Shown: one piece after another, positions 10,676-22,594 of the stretch
Position numbering within the stretch: position 1 is the first letter of the stretch
How the letters are laid out: each line of letters starts with the position of its first letter
Assembly (NCBI GenBank): GCA_018398765.1
Contig: JAHBMJ010000221.1
Location: 1 to 53,223 of the forward strand
DNA from: Chromera velia
Lineage: Eukaryota
Direction of reading: 5' to 3'
Length of the DNA stretch: 53,223 nt
Translations under genes and position numbers: made by a program
The notes under the pieces: model-generated
Databases searched by the model: none
Told to the model about the DNA's origin: nothing
What the model saw: the letters and a program-made list of their open reading frames with translations, nothing else

Positions 10676-13600
10676 ATGAGTCAGAACAAGCAGACCCTCA
10701 GTGGATTATTTCTTGTCCGCTTTTCAGGTAGCCAGGCACATTCAGTTAGGGATGGATGGACGGAGTTTGCTGATCAAAACTGAATGTGCAGTGATGGGCA
10801 CGCTTCCTTTGCCTTTACTTCTTTGTCCTTTTCCCTCCAAGCCGTCCCATCCAATGCATCCGTGGGAGGGAGCGTGCGGTGCTGTCCAACCTGCCTGCCT
10901 GCCTGAGAGAGAGGGCGTGTGAGTGAGTGAGTGAACGGGTGTGCACGCATGCTGCATGCATGCATGCATGTGTGTACAGTATCGTATTTGAGTGTCAAAA
11001 TGGCGAAAGAAAATGAATGCAGCGCTGCTGCGTGAGTGAAAGGGGAAGACGGGCGGGGACATAAAGAAAAAAAGAAAGAAAGAAAGAAAGAATCGGAGGA
11101 GAAAATTAAGGCAGGAAACAATTATGCTTCAATTTGAGGGAGTGAGCGAGCGACCAGACGAGGCCAGACAGGCAAACAAAACAAAACAAAACAAGCACAC
11201 ACCATGCAGTGAGTAGGCTCAATTGATTCAAAGCAATTCCCAGAGGTTTTTCGTCTGTCTGTCTGTCCGTAGGCCTGCCTGCTCATCTGTCTATCTGAAT
11301 GTCTGCGTGTATCTGTGCATCTGTCTGTCTGTCTACCTTTCTGTCTGACTGACTCTCGATTCTTGATGGAACACAAAAACCAAGTCGATAAGCCACGCGG
11401 AATCAGTCAAGCACCCAGCTGGGTGCTCTGCAAAGCATAAGGGGCTTGGCAGGCAGACAGGTCTGTCAGAGGTGTGCACTGATAGGCACGAGAGGCGAGT
11501 GAAGGTGGGGCGTGAGTCATAAACGGTCGGCCGCACATGGAACGACAAATACAGATGCACGGAGGATGCACAAATGGGCAGACGGCCCATGCATGCAGGG
11601 TGATCAATGCTTGACAGCAAGTGCGACGGAGGCATTGCAGGACGGAAGGAAGGAGTCCTTCGATGCACAGCGAGCTGCTTAATGGATGGATGTTGAATGG
11701 TCTCTCTGCATGCGCGCTTGTCCCATTCATTTGAATACCGCAAGCGCACAAACCCGCCCAACTTCTGAAGTAAAGAACAAAGAGGGAGGGGGCCAGGTCA
11801 AGATCTGTAGGGGGGGAGATCGAATGAAGATCTAGGCTCTCGTCAGCCAGTTGCCTGCATGGTTGCAATCCGATTTGGAGCCGTGCTGTGCAGACAGTCC
11901 GTCACCCAGACGATCGATCGAACAAGTCCAGGCAGGCACGCAGGCAGGCACGAGGCAGGCAAACAGACCGACCGACCGACCAACAGGCGGTCGAAGAAAC
12001 AGACGAAGAAAGGAACGGCAGGAAAGAGGAAGGGAGAAGCTGTTCTCCCTAGCTCTGCCTTGCCGCTCTCCCTCTATGCCGCCTGCTCCCTGCCTGCTCC
12101 ACCAGGGAAGTTGACCCCTAACCCTACACGCCCTTTGCTTTGTTGGTCTCCAGAAAGAACAAACGACGGAATACAAAGAAAGCAAGCTTCTTTCCATCTT
12201 TTTGTTTTCTGTCCTCAGGCGTGAGTGCGGATGGAAATCCTCGCGCGTCCCTCTCTTGCTCCCCTTCTCATGAAAAGCACGTACGACACAGACGAAACAC
12301 GTATGAGTGAATGAATGAAAGAAGGATTCAATCAATGAATGAATGCACGCAAGAAAAGCATGGACGATCGAATGGAAGGAAGACCAGAGAGAGAAAGAGA
12401 CGTACATGCAGCCAGAGAAAGTTACAAGACCCTCTTATCCTGCACATAAGGAGACTTCCTTCCTTCCTTAATTTTCCGACAACCAGACGGAGAAATTCAG
12501 AAAAGAGGGAGGGAGAGAAAAGAAGATTTGCGAATGAATGAATGAATGAATGAATGAATGCGTGCACATGCATGCATCATCAAATGCAACAAGACAGGAG
12601 GGAAGGAAGAAAGGGAACGAACGAACGGGCATCCATCGAACGACACCTCCGTCGATCCTCTACGGAAGAGGGAGGGAGGGAAATTAAGGGAACAAACAAA
12701 GAACAAACGAAGTTTCATCACATCAACGAACAACGGGCATGCAGGGCACGCATGCAACAGTGCAACGCAACAACACAAGAACAAGTGCACCCATGTAGTC
12801 TATTTGTCTGGCCATACAACCAGAAAGAAGAAGTAGTCACAAATGCATGCAGATAGAGTACGGGGAGGGAGAAGGGGAGAGGTCTCTCGCGTCTCTCTCC
12901 TTTTCTCTCTGTCTTCAAAAAGGAAAGAAAAAGGGAAACCAGTGCCCTGTCCCCCATGTACGACCCACCCACCCGAATAATTAGTCCGGCCTTGCAAGGC
13001 ACAGATCCATCCATCCATCCCTCCAAGTGTCGGTCTAAAGTTTCACGCAGAACACAAACAATTGTTTGCATTAATTCGGATTCACTCGACGGAGTGGAGT
13101 GGAAACAAAAGACGGGGAAGGAAGAAGTGAAAGGAAGGACATGCATGCATGGGGAAAGACGATCGAGAGACATGCAGACAAGAACCTCGCTTCTGCCTGC
13201 AGGCATCATCCACAGATCAGTTTCTTCTTCCATCAGTCCCTTACTTCTTCAAACGAAGCCCATGTCTCCGGCATCAATATGCTTGCAGTGAAAAAGGTGA
13301 TCAATCAGTCAATCAAACTTGGGACTAGCTCCACTCCCGATCTTGTTTTTTTCCCCCTTCCTCTCCTCTCCTCTCTTCTTTCTCTGCACTCCCAACAGAG
13401 CTGCAGGATAGAGGGAAAAGTCAGCTCAATTGCATGCCAGCTCAACTCGGCACAACGCTGTACACCGAGACGAAGAGAGACGAGACAGATTTTCTTTCAG
13501 GTCGCTTTTCATGTTTTGAACCACTCCGTATGGTTCCGTGGAAGGGAAAGGTGCCAGAGAAAGGTGGAGACAGACAGAAACAAAACAAATTGGCTCACAG

Positions 13601-16600
13601 ACAGAGACAGACTTGCGAACGGGCACGAAGCCCGCAACATGTAGCAAGACAACGAAAAGGAGAAAGCAAAGCAAAGCAAAGCAAAGCCATGAAGCAAACA
13701 AAAACCTGGCTGCGCAAAGTAAACAAAACTGCAGCCTACCTCAACCAACAGAACCAACAGAACAAGAAGAGACACCCATGCATCCATCGACTGTCTGTCA
13801 TTCCCACCTTTTCCCGCCCTTCTTTCCTCCCTCCCTCTGTCAGACGAAACGAAACGAAAGGGGGGGGGAAGAAAACGAAGGATCGAGGGAGCAGAAAGAA
13901 GGAAGGAACCGATTCATTCACATGATTTATTTGATCATCGAGTCGGAATCGAAAGATGCATGATCAAAAATGTAAAAGAAACAACAGGTACATGCAGGCA
14001 TTTTTAATTGTGAACTTCACCCGACTGACAAACAGAAAGAGCCTGCTCCATTCTTTGATGATCTGGCATGCGTTGCACCCGTCAAATTTTTCTGGATTGT
14101 TGTCGATTGAAAGAAAGTCAGAGCTTGGCAACAGCACAAGCAAAGCAAAAAGTGATACCCACGCATACAAACACACCGTCATGGTCAAAAGTTTTCGACT
14201 TTAGATAAATAAGAGAGAGCACCATGCAATCTCCCGGATCGCTGCCTGTCCTCAAGACAGAAACAAGCAACCATCCATCCACTCGTGCAGCTACCTATCC
14301 ATCCAGCCATCTGTTCACATCCAGCCAGGCATTCCTCGCCGCGCAGGGACGCGAACCGATCATCAGGAAAGGACGGATAGAAAGGTAAAGGTAAAGGAAA
14401 GGAAGGAGGGGATCAAACAGAAACACATACATACATGAACAAAACCATAAACAAACGGCTGCATTTACCTCGAACACCTTCCAAACACCCCTTCCCTCCC
14501 CAAAACAAGAGGAAGTAAAGAGAAAAGGAAGAAAGGAGACAGACCGCCCTTCCGTTGTCCTAATTAAACACCCTCGAGAGAAAAGGAAGGAAGGAAAAAG
14601 AGAGAGATGGACGGAAGAAGACAAACAAACTCTCAGAGGGACTGTTAACAAGACAGACACAATCAATAAAGAAATAAATGTATCCACCTTCCATCTAGGC
14701 ATCGTTTCGCCAGACCGAACTCGCCCGGTTCCGATTGAATACAACGAAAAAGCCATGCACTTCGGCAGGAAAAGACGTGGACAGAAAGAGAGGGTGTAGA
14801 AGAAAAACGACTACAGCCATGGATGGAAAATCAAACGAATCAATCCGTCGGAGCAACCGACAAGCACTGACGACAGTGGAACAATCGAATCAAAAGCCCA
14901 AAACAAAACAGGCACGCAGCCAGGCAAGCAGGGTGCGGGAGAGTGAAAGAAATCAATCAAACAGAAAGGGTTGCTCATCCGAACAAACAAAGGCAGGAGA
15001 AGGGAAGAATCAATCAAAGGAGAGCGATGTTTTCTCTCTCCTTCAATCAAAACAAAATCTCCCATCTTCTTTTCTTCATTACAATGAAATCAAAATTGTT
15101 CTCCTCAATAAAAAGTCAAACCACCTGCACGCCCCACTCTGCCTATCAATCCATCCATCCATCCATCAGCATCGATTGAGAGAGACTCCCTGTTTCCTTC
15201 CTTCCTTGTCTGTATGCTCTTTTTCTTTTTTTCTTCGCGTCTCTTCTCCAGCCTGCCTGGTCCTCTCTGTCTGCATTCCCTTCATTCAACTTTAGGAGGA
15301 AAAGCACACGAGAAGAAAACTTCCTGCCTGCCTGTGTACCTGCCTTGCTTTCTGTCTGGTGTTGTTACAAGATCGGGATGAGGGAAGGGAAGGAGAGAGC
15401 GAATTCTATCTTCCTGACCACTGCATGCAAACAAACAAAGGAAAGGCACGAATGCAAAGCAAAAAAACGCAACAACAACAACAGCTAGCCAGACTCCTTC
15501 AGCATCGATGATCGAAAAGGAACAAACAAACAAACAAAAACTGATCGACACGACTGAATTCCCTTTTGGTTGGTGGAATTGCCTGTGCAGGCTTGGAACG
15601 CATGCAGACAGAGACGGAGACCTCTCTTTGGGCTCCCTTCAAAGTCCTTTCTTTTTGCGGACGTAGAACTCTGTATGAACTCTGCCCCCCCCGCCTTTTG
15701 TCGCCTTGATTCTACAAAACTGAACGCATGAGGAAAGTAACATGAAAGAAAAAGATGCATCGCTCGAAACGAAATTTCAATGCCAGCTCAATCATCCAAA
15801 AACACAATTGATGGATAGAGGTGAAAGATATTTGCTTCGCCTGCACCTCCAAAGAAGACGATGCACCTGCAAGCAGCCGGTCTCTCTCATGCACTCTCTC
15901 CCTCCCTGCCTACCTTCGGCCCATGGATGACAGGGAGGCAGCCAGCCCGGCAAAGGCTCCCTCACGTGAACAACAGCAAAAGAAAGAAATAAAGCATTTA
16001 ATCAATTCGACTGGTAGGGAGAGACAGAGGGATCGAAGGAAGGAAAGGAAAACTCACACGGCGGTCTCCTGCAACCCCCCCCGTCGAACTTTTATCGAAT
16101 TGGGCGGTTGGAGGGGACCTATGCGGGAGGAAAGTGAAAGAAGGATTCGAAGAGTGAAAAGAAAAGAAAGGATGAAAGACACACAGAAACGAAGACCGAA
16201 CAACCCCCTGCAGGCTCACACATGAATGAAGTAAGTGAGCAGATTCTTGCATGGACGCGAATGCAAAAAAAACGCAAACGCTACACACTTCCACTACAAT
16301 AACGTCTTCCCCGGCTTCTGATCTCTCCCCTTCTTCGCTCTATCTGTTCTTCCTCCTGATTTTCCCTTCCCCTCGGGAATTCTTTCTTTCTTTCTTTCTT
16401 TGCTTTTTTCTTTCTTTCTTTATGCGTGTCTCTCTCACACTCGGGTGCGTGCTGACTGATGCCGACTGCAAGAGTGAACGAACTCTCTTGATGCGCTTGC
16501 GTCCTTGCTTGCTTGCTTGGTGCACAAGAAAGGAAACGGGTGCGTGTTCTCTTAACCATCTGTTGTGCCCATTTTTCGCACGTTTTCTCCTTTTTCCCCC

Positions 16601-16700
16601 GCGGGTATGATTGCTGCTGTTATTCTTTCTGCATTTCCTTCTACCCTTCTTCTGTGTTGACGGTGTTTGAAAAAAGCACGCACTCTTTCGCCGCCCCTGT
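9500..16700. other. Microsatellite-rich, intron-like region; possibly introns plus small exons of a minus-strand transcript
   Basis: Dense (GAAA)n, (GACA)n, (GAAT)n, (CATC)n and (CT)n(GT)n tracts. Mostly purine-rich on +, mirroring the pyrimidine-rich sense strand of the helicase introns. No convincing long ORF. Confidence 0.4.
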
Positions 16701-17136
16701 TCTAGTGAGTTAGAGAGAATGAATCCATTCTGGCTGGCGGCTGGAGTCATTTCATTCAAAACTTTTTTCTGCTGGGACCTTTCTTGGTCTCGCGGTCTCG
16801 CCCCCCTGCTCGGCTCAGCTCAACTGATCGTGATGAAAGGAAGGAAGACCGACAGCGCACGATCGCTACCGCATCGGGCACAGCAGTTCAACGAACCAAC
16901 CAATTAAAAAAGCCCCTCCAAAACCTACCCTGCATGCAACAAACGGCCTTCCAAATTTGCCTTTCATTCCTTCCACTCCCCACGCCGCCCCAAGCTCTGC
17001 CCTATCCTGCGTGCCCATTGTCCACACAGACGGACAGACGGACAGACAGACAAGTGCATTTATTGATTCTGAATTGAATTCGTGTCGTCATGTCATGCCA
17101 GCCCCTTCCTTCAGACACGCAGACATTGCAGCAGAT

Positions 17137-17177
<41 letters not shown>

Positions 17178-18600
17178 ATGCATCTTTCATCCCTCCTCGA
17201 TTGACCGACTGTACAGGCAGGCAGGTGGGCAAACAACAAGTACTGCACCCCCCCCCTTTTCAGCGTTGAATTATGAGAGGGGGTGGGGAGAAAGGGGGGC
17301 GCAAGGGAGAGAAAGGCCTCGATAGAGCTAGCTGTCATTCATGGGGGGACACATACAGGGGGGGGAAAGGGAGATGAAAGAATGAAGAGCAAGGTCATTG
17401 AGGAGAGCAATGGAGACAGACACGGACAGATCGGCATGCGTACATGAAGACCCTCGAGGGAGGAAGAAAGGGTTCATCAGTCACACACACACGCAAACTC
17501 ATCAATCAATCAGTCAGTGAGCCGATTTACCGTTTTGGTGTTTCGATCGACTTACCTGCCTAACTTTCACGTTTCTGCTTCTCGTTCGGTCAGTCAGTCA
17601 GTCATCGTTATCGAACGATTTTCCCTCATTCCCCCCCCCTCAGCATGAGAAGGAGGGACAGAGAGGAGAGGAGAGGAAAGGAGAAGCCGGAGAAATCATT
17701 AATTGAATTTCTTTCGGTGCTTCCTTCAATCAGGCAGGCAGTCTGTCGATACGATTTTCTCTTCCTTCCTTCCTTCCGCCCGTCCTTGCATGCTCCCTCC
17801 TTCTCGTCTCGCAGAGCAGGAAGGGGGAGAGGACACGCAACTCTACTGCCTCCCCCCCCCCGCTGCCTCGATCATTTGGTTTGTGGGCATGGATGACCGC
17901 AATCTTATGCGATCATTCATATTCACCATCCATCCATCCATCCATCTATCCATCCATCCATCCATCCAGACAAACATGAATTGAAGAAGTGAATCAATCC
18001 AATCGATCCGACATCTTCCTTCCTTCCTTCCTCCCTTCCTTCCTTCCTTCCTTTTTGAATTCGACCCTCCCTCCTCTCCCCACGCCATGCCATGCGCATG
18101 TTTCCCTCCCTCCCTCCCGCGCCTTCTTCCACACAGACAGAGAGAGAAGGGAAGAAGGAACGGACTAAACTTCCTTCTATCTATCTAGTGTTTCCATCAG
18201 ACATTCATTTCATTGCAAAACCCGAGTGTGTCTCTCTTTTACTGCCTCCTTCTGTTCACACCTGCCTGCCTGAAGGCAAGAAAGAAAAAGAGAGGAAAGA
18301 AGAAGAAACAGGAAAGGTCCCGAAGGAAGACAGACAGACACACAGATAGAAAGAGAACTTGCTCTTGCAAATGCCTCTCTCGATCCGTTCTCTTCCTTTC
18401 TCTTTTCATGCGTGCTGCTTTTCTTGTCTTCTTCTGATCAGCATCTTCCTCGTCGTCTCCTTCCCCCACCACTCCCGCACCACATGCACCTCTCTTCACC
18501 ATGCAGACAAAAACTGCCCTTCCTCTCTGTTCTTACTCTTCCATTCCCTCCCATGCGCTCTTTCCTCCCTCTTTCTTCATGCACTCACTCACTCACTCAC

Positions 18601-20815
18601 GTGTCCATCCAAAGGTGCCTGTCTGGACGTAAGAGACCACAGGGAGGGGACAGGGTGACAGACGGAAAATGCTCACGTGGGGGGCAGAAAACGCGATGAG
18701 GGGCACTCGTGTCAGATGACTCTCCGCTGCCACCCCCCGATAACCGGTTTTCCCTCTCCCCCGTCTCTTTCTCTGTCTCTCTTCCTGCCCCCTGCAAACG
18801 CCTCTGTTGCCACCACCTCGAGAGAAAGGAGAAGAACCTGTCAACCCCCGCACTCAAATTTCGACACGTAGAGCCAGACCGAGACAAAGAACCGGTTGTC
18901 ACGGCCTCACTTCCACTCTCGTCCTCCTCATTCCCTTCCCCCTCACCCTCAGGCTCCCCCTCTTCACCCCCCGAGATGAACTCCAACCCAAGGGGAGGTC
19001 GAGGGGACCCGCTCAGATCTGACCAACCGGGCGTTGAGGCACAGAAAGGGGAGGCGGGGGGCAACTGCAATCGCTCCGGGGACAGAGTCACAGGCCCGTT
19101 CTCGCGACTCGCCCCCTTCATTCCAGGACCAACCCTGGCCACTGCTGCTGCTGCTGAGGAAGAAGCGGAAGCGGAAGAAGAAGAAGAAGAAGAGGAAGAA
19201 GGCGCAAAAGGAGTATCGTAGTTTGATGAGGGCAGGCAGAGCCCGCTGCACTTGCTGCGATCGGGCGAAGTCTTGGTGACTCTGGGAGGGGGGGACCACG
19301 GAGAGAATGGGCGAGAGTGCCTCTCCTCCCCTTCCCCCTCCCTGCTCAGTGCTGCTGCGGGCAGACCCTCCTTCCACTGGAACGACACCCCCCCAGCCTG
19401 AGCCCCCTCATGATCAGCAACGGGAGACGAAAACCCTCCAGCTACATCTGCTCGACATGCAAGCGAGGAGGGGGTATGCGGCCCCCCTGCACCCTCTCCC
19501 TCGCGCCCTCTTGTTCCAGGTGGGGGACAGGACGTCGAATGGGGGGAGGGCAGAGAGCAGCAGGAGGACTGGGAGGATATCGGAGGGAAGGTGTGACTGC
19601 GAGTGCTGACGTTGGAGGCAGTCGACGTCACGCTGCCCCTTCCCTTTCTCTTGTTGACTCCCGCAACCTCCGCATCACTTTCCTTTTCGCTCTCATCTCT
19701 GGAATGCCCCCCCGACTCATTCTCTTCCACCAACTCCCAGGCAAAACCGTTGCTGCAACCAGGAACGCAGTCAAGGGCCTCTCGGGCCTCCATCAGCATC
19801 ACTGCGTGTTCTTCCATGTGCTGCTGTTCTTTCGGAATGCGCAGACGGGAGTTCTTCTCCTTCTCCTTCTCAGTCTCAAAGTGGCTCAGACTGTTGTTGC
19901 TGGAGATGGCGTGAGCTAGGGGGGTCTTGTCGAGGCAAAACCAGGCAGAGGAGGCAGCAACATATTCGGAGAAACGGAACTTGCTGTTGCCTGCCGGGTA
20001 GTAGGACAGACACGCAGCCACGGCCCCGTTGTCCATCTCCCTCAAGGCTGCCCCCACGAACTTCGAGTTCCTCCAGATCAACTGAGTGAACCTGCATGCA
20101 GCACAAATTAAAGAACACATGCATGCATTCGGTCAGTCCGTACAGTTGCAAGTGAAGGTGAGCTGGCACACAGGAGGTCTGAGAGGCCACCCGGGTCGGA
20201 GACTGGAGGTAAGCACACAAGCAAGCAGAAGAGACCCACAGGCTGAACACCAAACGAACGACGAAGTCTGAGAGAAAGAGCGCGAGAGGGCGACCATTCA
20301 TTGAGACGGGCACGTACGTAGGGGAGGAATCGATCCATGGTGAAGGTTCTAGCTGTCTCCGTTCTGCATGTCTGTCTGTCTGAACATTTGACTGACGCTG
20401 CGTGTTCCTTTTGGAATGCTCTCCTTGAGAAGTCAAAAGAGCTTCTGGACCTCTCATAAGTGAATTCGAGGGCGTCGAAGAGGGTGAGCGTGTTCAGTTT
20501 CAGTCTCTCGTGCTTTTGAGAGTGCAGAGGAGGGTCCAAAACGACGAACAGCAACCCGAATTTCTGCTCTCCGTCCCGAGCCCACCAGATTTGGTTGGAT
20601 GGGGAAGGGGGCTGACTCATGGGAAAGGTGGAGGAAGATGCAAGGGACAAACCCTGCTGAGTGAGGACGTCATCTGCCAATCTTTTATTGGCACACGCAG
20701 CACAATTCACATCCCACTTCAGCCCCCCTGCCCCGTGGAGGGACCTGAGTTTGTTATGCAGCTTCAGGAAGGCTGGGATGTCCAGAGCGTCCTCATATGA
20801 AACATAAGGGTCCAT
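18601..20815 (-). CDS. CAP/SCP (PR-1/GAPR-1-like) domain protein with long Ser/Gly/Glu low-complexity extension; spliced, 3' end unresolved
   Basis: Exon 20815-20397 encodes FLKLHNKLRSLHGAGGLKWD...ALEFTYERSRSSFDFS. A phase-compatible GT-AG intron 20396-20092 joins it to exon 20091-18677, giving EHAAFTQLIWRNSKFVGAA...CLSYYPAGN (CAP motifs HN..R..H, FTQxxW, YxPxGN). Probable further exon 18622-18601 followed by a GTGAG donor. Confidence 0.75.
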
Positions 20816-21466
20816 TATGGCCACCAAAATAATCGCAAAAAGGTGAAATGAAGGCAAAACTGCCCTTCAAAGGGCACACACACCACAAGAAAGGAAGCTA
20901 AATGGGTAAAGCCGGATAGTTAACGCAGTTTCATTCTTTCACGTCCAGAGTTTCTTTTCGAGAGTCTCTGGAGGTTGTGTCATGTTCAATGATTGAAGTG
21001 CGGACAGTCAGGTAGTTGCGAAACTGCACTGCTTCTTATTTGGCGCAGTTCACGAGGAAAGGCAGTGTGGAAGAAAGTTTGAAGAGGAAGTCGGCAGACA
21101 TCGGCAGACTGAGAGAAATTGCGCATGCCGGCCCCCGCACAGATCGACTGCAGGGTGAATGTGGGCTCGCGGGTGCTTCGCACGAAGCTCTGCATGTTTT
21201 TTGGCTCTTTCAGAATTGAAAGTCTTCGCAGAGACGGGCCTCAGACGGCCTGCCCCATGCCTGCCCCCGGAACTCAGGCATGCATGCTCAGTCTGGACGT
21301 CTCCGTTGAGTCCGTTCAAACGATCTTTCTGAATAGGCGTCCGACGGGTTGTCCTTTTAGCTTCCCTGAGTTGCCACTATAATCAGTTCTTACTGCATTC
21401 AATCCTCTTGAAGTTAGACTGAGCAAATACAGGCACAGCAACCTTGCCAAAAAGACTTGATTGAAG
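20816..21466. promoter_or_regulatory. Putative bidirectional promoter region
   Basis: About 650-bp SSR-free spacer between the divergent starts of the CAP gene (20815, -) and arsM (21467, +). Positional inference only. Confidence 0.35.
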
Positions 21467-22594
21467 ATGAGTGACGGTACGAATGGGACCAGCGGTGGTA
21501 GTAAGTGCTGTGGGGGGGGTCAGAGTGTGCAGGAGTCTGTGAAGGAGTATTACGGAAAGGTCTTGAAGAAGTCGGAAGACCTCAAAACGAATGCGTGCGT
21601 CACAAAGGTCGGCAAGATGCCGCCCCGTCTCATTGACGCCCACCGGAACGTTCACCCTGAAGTGATTGCCAAGTACTACGGGTGTGGCACTGTGTTCCCT
21701 GATGAGTTGAAGGGAAAGTCTGTGCTTGACTTGGGGTGTGGTTCGGGGAAGGATGTGTATGTGCTTGCACAGTTTGTGGGGGAGACGGGAAGAGTTGTGG
21801 GGGTTGACATGACAGATGAGCAGTTGGAGACGGCCAGACAGTTCGAGGACTGGCACAGAGAGAAGTTTGGGTTTGGCAAAAAGAACACAGAGTTCATCAA
21901 GGGACACATCGAGGAGCTCCTGTCTCTTGCAGGTCTAGAGAAAGACAGTTTTGACGTGATCGTCTCGAACTGCGTGATCAATCTGTCGCCCCATAAAGAG
22001 AAAGTCCTGGCAGGTGCGTTCCATCTGCTGAAGGACGGGGGGGAGTTGTTCTTCTCAGATGTTTACGCAGACCGACGGGTCCCCTTGTCGTTGCAGAAAG
22101 ACCCTGTGCTGTGGGGTGAGTGCCTGTCTGGCGCTCTGTATTGGAATGACTTTCTCCGTCTCGCTCGGGAGGCGGGGTTTGAGGACCCCCGTTTGGTGTC
22201 TTCGGACCGGATCACCGTGAAAAACGCGCAGGTGGAGTCCCGGTTGGGGCACATCCGGTTCTACAGTGGGCTGTACAGGTTGTTCAAACTGCCTGCAGGG
22301 ACCCTGGAGAGCGACTCCGAGGACTACGGACAGGCTGTGCGATACAGGGGGAGCATGGAGGGGGCGCCTGAGGAGTTCGCGCTCGATGATCATCATGTGT
22401 TTGTGAGGGGGAAGATCATGACTGTGTGCGGCAACACATGGCACATGCTGAAGGGCACCCGTTTTGCTGCCCACTTTGACTTCTTCGGAGATTTCTCGAC
22501 GCACTTCGGGATCTTCCCGGGGAGCGAGAAGAGGATGCCCTTCTCTGAGGGCTCTTCCTCGGGGGGAGGGGGGGGAGGAGGGGGGTGCTGCTGA
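21467..22594 (+). CDS. arsM: Arsenite S-adenosylmethionine methyltransferase (ArsM/AS3MT), 375 aa, intronless
   Basis: Motifs VKEYYGKVL, DLKTNAC, YYGCG, SAM-binding VLDLGCGSGKD, GVDMTDEQL, FDVIVSNCVINL and LWGECLSGALYW; all four family catalytic cysteines present. AS3MT-type C-terminal domain EDYGQAVRYRG...VCGNT. First ATG is 21467 (the ORF-track start 21461 is TTG). Confidence 0.95.
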   Translation: MSDGTNGTSGGSKCCGGGQSVQESVKEYYGKVLKKSEDLKTNACVTKVGKMPPRLIDAHRNVHPEVIAKYYGCGTVFPDELKGKSVLDLGCGSGKDVYVLAQFVGETGRVVGVDMTDEQLETARQFEDWHREKFGFGKKNTEFIKGHIEELLSLAGLEKDSFDVIVSNCVINLSPHKEKVLAGAFHLLKDGGELFFSDVYADRRVPLSLQKDPVLWGECLSGALYWNDFLRLAREAGFEDPRLVSSDRITVKNAQVESRLGHIRFYSGLYRLFKLPAGTLESDSEDYGQAVRYRGSMEGAPEEFALDDHHVFVRGKIMTVCGNTWHMLKGTRFAAHFDFFGDFSTHFGIFPGSEKRMPFSEGSSSGGGGGGGGCC

